Source: Actinomycetes bacterium
GTDB lineage: Bacteria; Actinomycetota; Actinomycetes; S36-B12
NCBI GenBank assembly: GCA_037130755.1
Contig: JBAXSI010000002.1
Span: forward strand, 111,661 to 175,660
Direction: 5' to 3'
Length of the DNA stretch: 64,000 nt
Positions 19,525 through 27,406 of the stretch are shown one piece after another. The notes under the pieces were generated by a model that searched no databases, had not been told where the DNA came from, and saw nothing but the letters and a program-made list of their open reading frames with translations. Position 1 is the stretch's first letter. Every line of letters starts with the position of its first letter. The position numbers and the translations under genes were made by a program.

Positions 19525-20172
19525 CTACGAGTGGCCGGTCTCCTCGTCGTCCGGGCCGGCGGCTGTGCCGTGCGTGACGACGTGGTTCTCGCCGATCGCC
19601 TTGGCCGTCTCGGAGTCCGGTCCGGGGTGCGGGACGAACGCCGCGTCGCGGTAGTAGCGCAGTTCTGCGATGGACTCACGGATGTCGCCTAGAGCCCGGT
19701 GGTTGCCGGTCTTCTCTGGCGTCGCGAAGTACACGCGCGGGAACCAGCGCCGCACCATCTCCTTGAAGCTGGACACGTCGACCAGGCGATAGTGCATGTG
19801 CTGGTCGAGGGCAGGCATGTACCGCGACAGGAAGCCGCGGTCGACGTAGACGCTTGAGCCGGCCAGCGGCGCCTTGCGCGCCTCGGGAATGTGCCGCTGC
19901 ACGTACTCCAGGACCAAGGCCTCCGCATCGGCGAGTGGGATGCCGTGGGGGATCTCGGTGATGAGGCCCGACTCGGTGTGCATGTTCACCACGAACGGGT
20001 CCATGGCGGCGAGGGGTGCCTCACTCGGCTTCACGACGAGGCTGATCCCGGAGTCGATCTCGGTGAGGTCCGCCTCCGTGACGATGCAGGCGATCTCGAC
20101 GATCTCGTCGAAGGACGGGTTGAGGCCGGTCATCTCGAGGTCGATCCACACCAATCGGTCACCAGTAGCCAT
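19525..20172 (-). CDS. orn: Oligoribonuclease
   Basis: DRLVWIDLEMTGLNPSFDEIVEIACIVTEADL (DEDDh exonuclease ExoI motif) and HRALGDIRESIAELRYY (ExoIII His motif). Size of about 215 aa fits. Confidence 0.9.
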   Translation of the reverse strand: MATGDRLVWIDLEMTGLNPSFDEIVEIACIVTEADLTEIDSGISLVVKPSEAPLAAMDPFVVNMHTESGLITEIPHGIPLADAEALVLEYVQRHIPEARKAPLAGSSVYVDRGFLSRYMPALDQHMHYRLVDVSSFKEMVRRWFPRVYFATPEKTGNHRALGDIRESIAELRYYRDAAFVPHPGPDSETAKAIGENHVVTHGTAAGPDDEETGHS

Positions 20173-20216
20173 GACGACAGCCTAGGAGTCGGGTCGGACG
20201 AGTCTTCGGCGGGCGG

Positions 20217-20633
20217 TTAGCGCACGAGCCAGCGCACGATGTCGAACTCGGTGACGATTCCGACGAGGCGATCACGGTCGTCGAGGACCGGTACGGCCTC
20301 GATCGCGTTCTCGGCCATGATGCGTGCCGCGACGATGGGCGACTGCATCGGCTTTGCGGAGACGAGGGGAACCATCGCCATGACCTCGCTGACCTTGCGC
20401 TTCCCGAGGTTCTCGGCCGTCGCGGGAACTTCCGCGAGGATGTTGCGGTCGCTGAGCACGCCCATGCAGGCGCCGTCCTCGTTGATGACGACCAGGTGGC
20501 GCAGCCCCGAGACGAACAGCAACTGCCAGGCATCCCAGAGCGACTCTGAGACTTCCACCGTGAGCACCGGGTTGGACATGACGTCCGCGATCAGGATGTC
20601 CTTGTGAGAGTCCAGCAGTTCGGCAGCAGTCAT
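20217..20633 (-). CDS. CBS-pair domain protein
   Basis: Two CBS repeats (VMSNPVLTVEVSESLWDAWQLLFVSGLRHLVVINEDG and VPLVSAKPMQSPIVAARIMAENAIEAVPVLDDRDRLVGIVT). Confidence 0.8.
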   Translation of the reverse strand: MTAAELLDSHKDILIADVMSNPVLTVEVSESLWDAWQLLFVSGLRHLVVINEDGACMGVLSDRNILAEVPATAENLGKRKVSEVMAMVPLVSAKPMQSPIVAARIMAENAIEAVPVLDDRDRLVGIVTEFDIVRWLVR

Positions 20634-21535
20634 GCGGCGCTCCTTTCTGGCTCAAGCGGTGGAACGACCACGACGGGACGCTGCGACTTGTGAAGGATGC
20701 CGTTGCTGACCGAGCCCAGCAGGGCTCCCATGGCCGGTCCGTGACCGTGCTTGCCCACCACCACGATGGCCGCTCGGTCGGACGCTTCGAGGATCGCCTG
20801 AACAGCAGGCGCCCGGACCAGTCGCTCCTCGACGTCGACGTCGGGGTAGTCGGCGCGAAAACCAGCGAGCACCTCGGCGGTCAGGCGGATCTCCTCGTCG
20901 GCCACGTTGCTCAGCGGCACGGGGACCGGACCGTTCGGCACGATCAGGAGGTCATAGGCGGGGACGTCCCACGCGTGCACGGCGACGATGCGCAGGCCGC
21001 GTCGGCTTGCCTGGTCGAACGCGAAAGCGAGAGCCGACTCGACCGCGGGCGATCCGTCGATCCCGACGACCACGGTGTCGCCGTCGTTGCCCGAGCCCTC
21101 GCGAATGACTCCGACCGGGCATTGCGCGTGCGCGGCGATCTGCGAGCTCACCGAGCCCAGCAGCAAGCCCTTGAACCCGCCGCGGCCACGCGATCCGACG
21201 ACGACGAGGCAGGCGGTCTCGGAGGCCTCGAGCATCACCGCGCTGGGCGAGCCGACTGCGACGCGAGTGCGCGCATGCGGTTGGCCGACGCTGATCGCCT
21301 GGGCCTCCAATTGCTCGTGCGCCTGCAGTTCCAGTTCGTCGAGAAGATCGAGGCTGGGCGGCAGGCTGACGCCGAGGCCGCCGGTCGCAACCGGCGGCAG
21401 GAGTGCGTGGACCAAGGTGAGTTCGCGACCGAGCACGCGGGCCTGATCGGCCGCCCACGCCGCCGCGGCACTGGCCGACGGCGACCCGTCAAACCCCACG
21501 ACGACGCGATCGGTGAAGGCGTCCCCGTCGGTCAT
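20630..21535 (-). CDS. Tandem universal stress protein (two Usp domains)
   Basis: RVVVGFDGSPSASAAAAWAA, LVVVGSRGRGGFKGLLLGSVS, then a second copy VVVGIDGSPAVESAL, VVVGKHGHGPAMGALLGSVS. Confidence 0.85.
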   Translation of the reverse strand: MTDGDAFTDRVVVGFDGSPSASAAAAWAADQARVLGRELTLVHALLPPVATGGLGVSLPPSLDLLDELELQAHEQLEAQAISVGQPHARTRVAVGSPSAVMLEASETACLVVVGSRGRGGFKGLLLGSVSSQIAAHAQCPVGVIREGSGNDGDTVVVGIDGSPAVESALAFAFDQASRRGLRIVAVHAWDVPAYDLLIVPNGPVPVPLSNVADEEIRLTAEVLAGFRADYPDVDVEERLVRAPAVQAILEASDRAAIVVVGKHGHGPAMGALLGSVSNGILHKSQRPVVVVPPLEPERSAA

Positions 21536-21711
21536 GGGGACAGCATGGCCTCCCCGGTCGGTGCAAGGGATGGGGAGACAGACCCCGAGGGCAGGGACCT
21601 AAGTCCCCATCTTGTTCAGGTTTGACGGTCTGCGGTGTCGGGTCTTTTGGATTCCCTGCCCCTACAATTCGCCCAACGGGTGGACATGTCGAAGATCGTG
21701 GAGAGGTCAAC

Positions 21712-22590
21712 GTGACGAGCACAGGCCGTGGCTCTGCGCCCGCGTTCTTGATCGCGGTGCTGGCGCTGGCGGGCATCGCTGCCCTGGGCGACCTTGGCGA
21801 TTCGCCCACCGTTGCGGTGGCACTGCTGGCCACCGTGCCGCTCTTCGCTGCCATCTTCCTGGGTCCGCTTGGCACGATGGCCGCGGCAATCCTGAGCGTG
21901 GTCGCCGCGCTCGCCATCACGTGGCTGCGATCCGACGGGGACTACTCGACATACCTCGTTCCGTTGATCGCCGTCGGCGTCGCCTCGCTCGTGGCGTTGC
22001 TGTCAGCAACGGTTCGCCATCGCCAGAGTGCGGCGGAGTCGGCGGCGCAAGGGGAGGCCTCGACTGCCGACGAGGTCTCCGAGGACATCGACGCCATGTC
22101 CGGCCTGCTGAACCGTCGGGGTGCCGTCCGCGCGCTGGGTTCTCACAACGTGGGTGAGGAGCGCGTCATCGCCTTCATCGACTGCGACCTGTTCGGACGC
22201 GTCAACGACGAGTACGGCCGAGACGTCGGTGACGAGTTCCTGCAGGCCATCGCCGGCCGCCTTCGCCACGCACTGCCGTCGCGCGACAGCGTCTCCCGAT
22301 GGGGAGGCGATGAGTTCCTGGTGGTCGTGTCCGCCGACGCGGACTCGGCCGTGGCTGCTCTGCACCGAGTCACCGGCACCATCAACGGCCATCCCATTCG
22401 CACGTCCGCCGGACCGATCGAGGCGACAATGTCGGCGGGCGCAGCATCCTGGCTGGTCGGGCAGGAACTCGAGGACGTCATCGCGCGTGCCGGACGCGCC
22501 CTCCGTGCGGCCAAGGAGTCCGGTCCCGGGCAGATCGTCCTCGACACCGGCCCCAGCATCGAGCGACTCGACACACCGGTGACCACTTAG
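21712..22590 (+). CDS. Membrane-anchored diguanylate cyclase (about 4 TM plus GGDEF)
   Basis: GTG at 21712 preceded by ggagagg. Hydrophobic N-terminus (FLIAVLALAGIAALG, LATVPLFAAIFLGPLG and others). SGLLNRRG, then SRWGGDEFLVVV. No RxxD I-site. The tracked ORF starts earlier at 21622. Confidence 0.85.
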   Translation: MTSTGRGSAPAFLIAVLALAGIAALGDLGDSPTVAVALLATVPLFAAIFLGPLGTMAAAILSVVAALAITWLRSDGDYSTYLVPLIAVGVASLVALLSATVRHRQSAAESAAQGEASTADEVSEDIDAMSGLLNRRGAVRALGSHNVGEERVIAFIDCDLFGRVNDEYGRDVGDEFLQAIAGRLRHALPSRDSVSRWGGDEFLVVVSADADSAVAALHRVTGTINGHPIRTSAGPIEATMSAGAASWLVGQELEDVIARAGRALRAAKESGPGQIVLDTGPSIERLDTPVTT

Positions 22591-23471
22591 GCCAGCGGCA
22601 CGTGGTGGCGGGAGCGCATCAACGACTCCTGCACGACAGAGGCGACCAGTTCGCCGGCGAGGTCGTAGAACAGGCCGCGGGCCAGCCCGTGGCCTCCACC
22701 GGCAACCGGAGTGTCCTGCGCGAACAACAGCCAGTGATCGGCATGCACGTCCCCGTGGAACCACAGGGCGTGGTCGATCGAGGCCAGTTGAAGTCCCTCG
22801 CGGGCCAGGTCCGCCAGATGCGGGGCCAGGGCGGTGCTCACCATCGTGAGGTCCGACAGATAGGTGAGCGCGCAGGCCTGACTGAGCCAGTCGTCGGGCA
22901 TGGCATCGCGGATACGCACCCACGCCATGCGTTCGTAGCGGCCCGCCACCTTCTGCAAGGCTTGATCCGCGTGATCGATGCGAAGGTCGATGATGTTGGC
23001 GCCGGGGAAGTCCAGGGCTCGTCGCTGCTCGATGTCGGTGAGCTGGCTCTGCAATGCGGGGAAGATTGCCCCCAGGTCATCGGGTGGGGCCGCGTCCGGT
23101 GGTGCGGCTTGATGCCGCGGACCGTCATCGCGGGTGGCGAATGACGCCGTCATCATGAAGATCGTCTCGCCCTGCTGAACGGCCCGCACGATCCGTGTCG
23201 AGAACGACCGACCGTCCCGCGGCCGCTCCACCAGATAGGTGATCGAGTCCTTGGTGCCGCCCGGGCGCAGGAAGTAGCCGTGCAGGGAGTGCACGCGCCG
23301 CTCCGGATCGTCCACGGTGCGACCTGCCGCGTTCAGTGACTGCGCGGCGATCTGACCGCCATAAGCCCGTAACGGTGCTCCGGAGTGGCACCAGCCGGTG
23401 AAGATGTCCCGATCGACCTGATGCAGCGCGATGCGGTCGGTGAAGTGCTGCTGGTCCGGGGGCTCGGTCAC
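22587..23471 (-). CDS. tesB: Acyl-CoA thioesterase II
   Basis: YGGQIAAQSLNAAGRTV and VHSLHGYFLRPG blocks characteristic of TesB double hot-dog thioesterases. Confidence 0.8.
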   Translation of the reverse strand: MTEPPDQQHFTDRIALHQVDRDIFTGWCHSGAPLRAYGGQIAAQSLNAAGRTVDDPERRVHSLHGYFLRPGGTKDSITYLVERPRDGRSFSTRIVRAVQQGETIFMMTASFATRDDGPRHQAAPPDAAPPDDLGAIFPALQSQLTDIEQRRALDFPGANIIDLRIDHADQALQKVAGRYERMAWVRIRDAMPDDWLSQACALTYLSDLTMVSTALAPHLADLAREGLQLASIDHALWFHGDVHADHWLLFAQDTPVAGGGHGLARGLFYDLAGELVASVVQESLMRSRHHVPLA

Positions 23472-23477
23472 GTCAGG

Positions 23478-24053
23478 TCAGGCGAGGCCGGCAGACGTCC
23501 TGGCGGTGACGTTCTCCGTGGGCAGCGGGAAGCCCGCGCGGTCGCACGCACGCTGGACGCGCAGGGACTGCGTCGCGAACTTGGCCTGTGCATCCTTGGG
23601 GAGGTCGGCGAGCGCCTGCTTCTTCTTCAGAGAGGCGATCTCGGCCTTCATCCGCGTGGCGTTCTTCAGCAGCTTCTGGTCGGCGGTGCCGTCAGCGACG
23701 GCGAGCTTGGCCTGCGTGACCATCTCCTTGAGCAGGCGCTTGAAGTCGGCCTTCACCTGGTCTTCTGTCATGTTGCCGTTCTTGACCGCTCCGCCTGCGT
23801 ACTGGCTGTTCAGCACATCGAGCTGGAAGTAGGCCGAGCAGGCCTGGCCCGCCGAGCTCGTCGGCGAGACCGAAGCCGCGGTGCCCGACGGGGCAACCGC
23901 TCCGCTCGAGCTCGACGGCAGGATCGAGGTGGAAGCCGACGTGCTCGCGGACGTAGCCGAGTCGGAGGACGACGAGCACGAGGTGAGGAGCATGGTCGCC
24001 GCCGCCGCGAGGGCGGCGAGGCGGAGCGCCGTGCGGGCACCGGTCGAGATCAT
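23478..24053 (-). CDS. Lipoprotein, unknown function
   Basis: The internal ATG gives MISTGARTALRLAALAAAATMLLTSC with lipobox LLTSC followed by a Ser-rich linker. The tracked ORF extends to 24101. Confidence 0.65.
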   Translation of the reverse strand: MISTGARTALRLAALAAAATMLLTSCSSSSDSATSASTSASTSILPSSSSGAVAPSGTAASVSPTSSAGQACSAYFQLDVLNSQYAGGAVKNGNMTEDQVKADFKRLLKEMVTQAKLAVADGTADQKLLKNATRMKAEIASLKKKQALADLPKDAQAKFATQSLRVQRACDRAGFPLPTENVTARTSAGLA

Positions 24054-24280
24054 CGGACTACCTCCTGGTCCAAGGCGTATGTCGCGTCGCAAATCTCTCA
24101 TGAGACCCGCGGCGACGGGCCGAGGTTTCTACTATCTCTCGGAATCTCGGTGACCGGCTTGCGGGGTCGGGCCTCCTAGTGGAGTAGATGTCGACAATCC
24201 GGGCTCCTGCCCTCAGCGTGGCTACAGTGAGGGCCGGGGGCGAGGCTCGCCCGCGCTGGGACGACACGCTTGGAGGGGTA

Positions 24281-24622
24281 GTGCTGAAGTCCATTCGTTC
24301 GCTGGCACTCGCGGCCGTGATCGTGAGCGTGGGGACGCTCGCGGCCTGCAGCACGACCAAGACGCTGAACACCGAGGACGTGCAGACCGCGATCGCGAAG
24401 GGCCTGACCGACCAAGTGGGCGGGACGTTCGACGTCACCTGCCCGCCAGAGATCACGGCCGAGAAGGGTGCCACGTTCACGTGCCAGGTGAAGGACCCGA
24501 CTGACGGGACGTCGGCGACGGTCACCGTCACACAGGAGGATGCGGACGGGAAGTTCAACTGGAAGGTCACGGCGGCGCAGAGCGCCAGCGCGGCCCCGGT
24601 CGCATCCCCGTCAGCCTCCTAG
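24281..24622 (+). CDS. DUF4333-like lipoprotein
   Basis: GTG at 24281 after ggagg. Signal plus lipobox LKSIRSLALAAVIVSVGTLAACS. The mature part (VTCPPEITAEKGATFTCQVKD) matches the DUF4333 pattern as I remember it. Confidence 0.7.
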   Translation: MLKSIRSLALAAVIVSVGTLAACSTTKTLNTEDVQTAIAKGLTDQVGGTFDVTCPPEITAEKGATFTCQVKDPTDGTSATVTVTQEDADGKFNWKVTAAQSASAAPVASPSAS

Positions 24623-24639
24623 GGCCGAAGCGAAGAACC

Positions 24640-25647
24640 GTGACGGGGCCAGTGGGTTTCGTTCGCGGGCTTCGACGTCCTGAGGCGTTCCATGGCTCCG
24701 GCGTCGCCAAGGGCTTCTTCGAGGGCTGGTACATCAAGCTCGTGTCCGCCGACCGAACGCAGCGCTGGGCGGTGATCCCCGGGATCTTCCGCGGCCTGGA
24801 GCAGCCGGGCCAGCCGCCGCGAGACGAGGCGTTCGTCCAGGTGCTCAACGGCTCAACGGGGGAGTCCTGGTATCACGTCTATCCCACGCACGACTTCGTC
24901 GCCTCGAGTGAGACGTTCGACGTCTCGGTTGGTGGCAACCGCTTCTCGCCCTCGGGTGTCACGTTGGACCTGCCGCAGCTCACGGGGCGCATCTCCTTCA
25001 CCAGCCCCATGGATCCTTGGCCGGTGACGTGGCGCTCGCCGGGGATCATGGGCTGGTACGGACTCGTGCCCTTCATGGAGTGCTACCACGGCGTCGTCTC
25101 CTTCGGCCACGGTCTGGCGGGCACCATCGAGGTACTCGGCACGGCCGAGTCGTTCGACGGCGGTCGCGGGTATCTCGAAAAGGATTGGGGCAAGGCATTC
25201 CCTGCGGGCTACGTGTGGATGCACAGCAACCACATCGACGCCGATCCGGACGCCAGCCTGGTCGCGTCGGTGGCGATCATCCCCTGGCTGCGCAGTTCGT
25301 TCCGCGGCTTCATCGTCGGCCTCAAGCATCAGGGCCACCTGTACCGCTGGGCGACCTACAACGGCGCGAAGGAACTCGACCTGGTGATCGACGACTCCCA
25401 TGTGCGCTGGGCCCTGACAGGGCCCGACGGGGTCCTGAAGCTGTCTGCCGAGCGGGTCCGCGGCGGCCTCCTGCACGCCCCCTTGCGCACCGCCATGCAC
25501 CAGCGAGTCGAGGAGACCATGGACGGCCGGGTGAGCGTCATCCATGAGGACGCCCACGGCCGGGTCCTTCTGTCCGGCGAGGCCACCTGCGCGGGCATGG
25601 AGGTCTTCGGGGAGATCGACCGGCTCCTGGCCACCGGCTCCCGCTAG
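24640..25647 (+). CDS. Tocopherol cyclase-like protein
   Basis: N-terminal FFEGWYIKLVS motif (FFEGWYF[KR] in VTE1/slr1737-type cyclases). Size of about 335 aa. Family assignment is by motif only. Confidence 0.55.
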   Translation: MTGPVGFVRGLRRPEAFHGSGVAKGFFEGWYIKLVSADRTQRWAVIPGIFRGLEQPGQPPRDEAFVQVLNGSTGESWYHVYPTHDFVASSETFDVSVGGNRFSPSGVTLDLPQLTGRISFTSPMDPWPVTWRSPGIMGWYGLVPFMECYHGVVSFGHGLAGTIEVLGTAESFDGGRGYLEKDWGKAFPAGYVWMHSNHIDADPDASLVASVAIIPWLRSSFRGFIVGLKHQGHLYRWATYNGAKELDLVIDDSHVRWALTGPDGVLKLSAERVRGGLLHAPLRTAMHQRVEETMDGRVSVIHEDAHGRVLLSGEATCAGMEVFGEIDRLLATGSR

Positions 25648-25724
25648 CCGCGCCGACCGGCGAAACGCCCTCAGTAGGGGGCAAATTCCCTGCCGTTCAC
25701 CTTTGCCATGTACCCTCCCGGTAG

Positions 25725-25759
25725 CGCGCAGGCAAACGCATGGTTCGCGCAGGTAAACG
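25725..25759 (+). promoter_or_regulatory. 14-nt direct repeat (cgcgcaggCaaacg / cgcgcaggTaaacg) spaced 21 bp, just upstream of the RBS of the 25772 operon
   Basis: Copies at 25725-25738 and 25746-25759 differ at one base. A 21-bp spacing is two helical turns. gaggtgg RBS at 25761-25767, ATG at 25772. Confidence 0.35.
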
Positions 25760-25771
25760 TGAGGTGGATCA

Positions 25772-25945
25772 ATGAAGGAACTGCTCGCTTACATCGACGC
25801 AGGGTCAGGCTCCTACCTGCTGGCGGCCATCGCCAGCGGTGCGGCCGGAACCTGGTTCTTCGTCCGGTCGCAGTTTGCCAAGTTGCGTGGACGCGGTCTG
25901 GACGACAGCGTCGTTGAGGTCGAGTCGACCTCGACCGATGCCTGA
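25772..25945 (+). CDS. Small membrane protein (57 aa), absent from the ORF track
   Basis: My translation is MKELLAYIDAGSGSYLLAAIASGAAGTWFFVRSQFAKLRGRGLDDSVVEVESTSTDA. It has a good RBS, strong GC3 bias and one predicted TM helix, and ends 12 nt before the next gene. Confidence 0.6.
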   Translation: MKELLAYIDAGSGSYLLAAIASGAAGTWFFVRSQFAKLRGRGLDDSVVEVESTSTDA

Positions 25946-25957
25946 CGCCTGCCCTTC

Positions 25958-27406
25958 GTGACTGAGTCGAGTTCGGCGAGTTTTCGCGACCCCGAGAACG
26001 CTGCCTTCGAGCTTGACGGCACGTGGTACCGGATCGCCGGGCCGTCGTCCGCCAAGGCCCTTCGCGACCTGAGGGCGTCCGCCCTGTACTCCGCACTCGT
26101 CGCTGAGGGCGTCCTGGTCGAATACGCCGAGTCCGACGCCCCCACCGCTGAGTCCGTTCTGGCCGCCTTCGGGCGCACCGGCCAGCGCGAGGTAGCCGGC
26201 GGCACTACCGTCTTCGCGGTCGCGCCGGTCGACCTCATCACCTACCCATGGGAGTGGCCGAACTCCCTGCTGGAGTCGGCCGCCCTCCTCACCCTCGACC
26301 TGCGCACACGGCTGCTGGGCATCGGCTTGGACCTGAAGGACGCGTCGGCGTTCAACGTGCAGTTCCGCGGCATGAAGCCGGTCTTCATCGACCTCGGGTC
26401 GATCGAGGTGTGGCGACCCAATCCGTCGTGGAACGCGTCGCGGCAGTTCATCGAGCACTTCATCAATCCCCTTGCCGTCGGGTCCGGGGATCGAGTGACA
26501 GCGGCCGACGCCTGGGATCTTGGCAAGCGGCGCGGACTGCGCTCGGAGGTCGCCCGCCAACTGCTGCCCAAGGGCAGGCGCCGCAGCCTTTCCCTACTGC
26601 TCCTTCAGGCGACGACCCGACCGGTCGAGAAGAACGCGCCCTCGGAGTCGAAGTACGCCAAGGAGGCGTCCCAGAACAAGGACCTCGCGCGCAACGCGAC
26701 CCTGTCCCTGACGAAGCGGCTGCGCAAGCAGGTCCTCAAGCTGCACGGCAAGAAGCACGGCACCACCTGGGTCGACTACGGCACTCGCGACCACTACGGA
26801 AGTGAGGACCTCACCCGCAAGTCGGCCTTCGCCACGGAGTTCGTGAGTGTCGACGGCCGCAACCGACTTGTCCTGGACGTCGGCGGCAACGACGGATTCA
26901 CCGCGGCGCATCTGGTGCGGCACGCGGGCGCCCGCGTGATCGTGATGGATGCGGACGCTGGCGCGCTCGACGTCCTGCAGGAGGGTGTGGCCCGAACGCC
27001 CGACGTCGCATCGAGCGTCACGCCGATCCTCGGCGACATCACTAATCTCACCCCTGCGTCAGGGCTGCTCGATCGGGAGTACGCCGGCTTCACGTCGCGC
27101 GTCCGGCCGTCGGCTGTGGTCTGCCAGGCCGTCCTGCACCACGTGGTCATCACGCAGGGCGCGCCCATGCAGTTCGCCGTGGATGCGCTGGCCGCGTTCG
27201 GTGCCCCGGTCCAGATCGAGTTCGCGACCGAGGACGACGAGAAGTCTCGGCTGCTGCTGAGCCAGATCCCGAACTGGTCGGGCGACTACTCAACTGAGGC
27301 GCTCATCGCCGCGCTCAGGCACCGATTCGCCAATGTCGAGGTGATGGGAACCACTTCGCCCACTCGAGTCGTCGTAAACGCATGGGACCTGCTGGATCGC
27401 TCGTGA
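25958..27406 (+). CDS. Two-domain class I SAM-dependent methyltransferase
   Basis: N-terminal SFRDPENAAF, ITYPWEWPNSLLESAALLTLDL, LKDASAFNVQFRGMKPVFIDLGS module. C-terminal Rossmann motif I VLDVGGNDGFTAAHL. Confidence 0.75.
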   Translation: MTESSSASFRDPENAAFELDGTWYRIAGPSSAKALRDLRASALYSALVAEGVLVEYAESDAPTAESVLAAFGRTGQREVAGGTTVFAVAPVDLITYPWEWPNSLLESAALLTLDLRTRLLGIGLDLKDASAFNVQFRGMKPVFIDLGSIEVWRPNPSWNASRQFIEHFINPLAVGSGDRVTAADAWDLGKRRGLRSEVARQLLPKGRRRSLSLLLLQATTRPVEKNAPSESKYAKEASQNKDLARNATLSLTKRLRKQVLKLHGKKHGTTWVDYGTRDHYGSEDLTRKSAFATEFVSVDGRNRLVLDVGGNDGFTAAHLVRHAGARVIVMDADAGALDVLQEGVARTPDVASSVTPILGDITNLTPASGLLDREYAGFTSRVRPSAVVCQAVLHHVVITQGAPMQFAVDALAAFGAPVQIEFATEDDEKSRLLLSQIPNWSGDYSTEALIAALRHRFANVEVMGTTSPTRVVVNAWDLLDRS

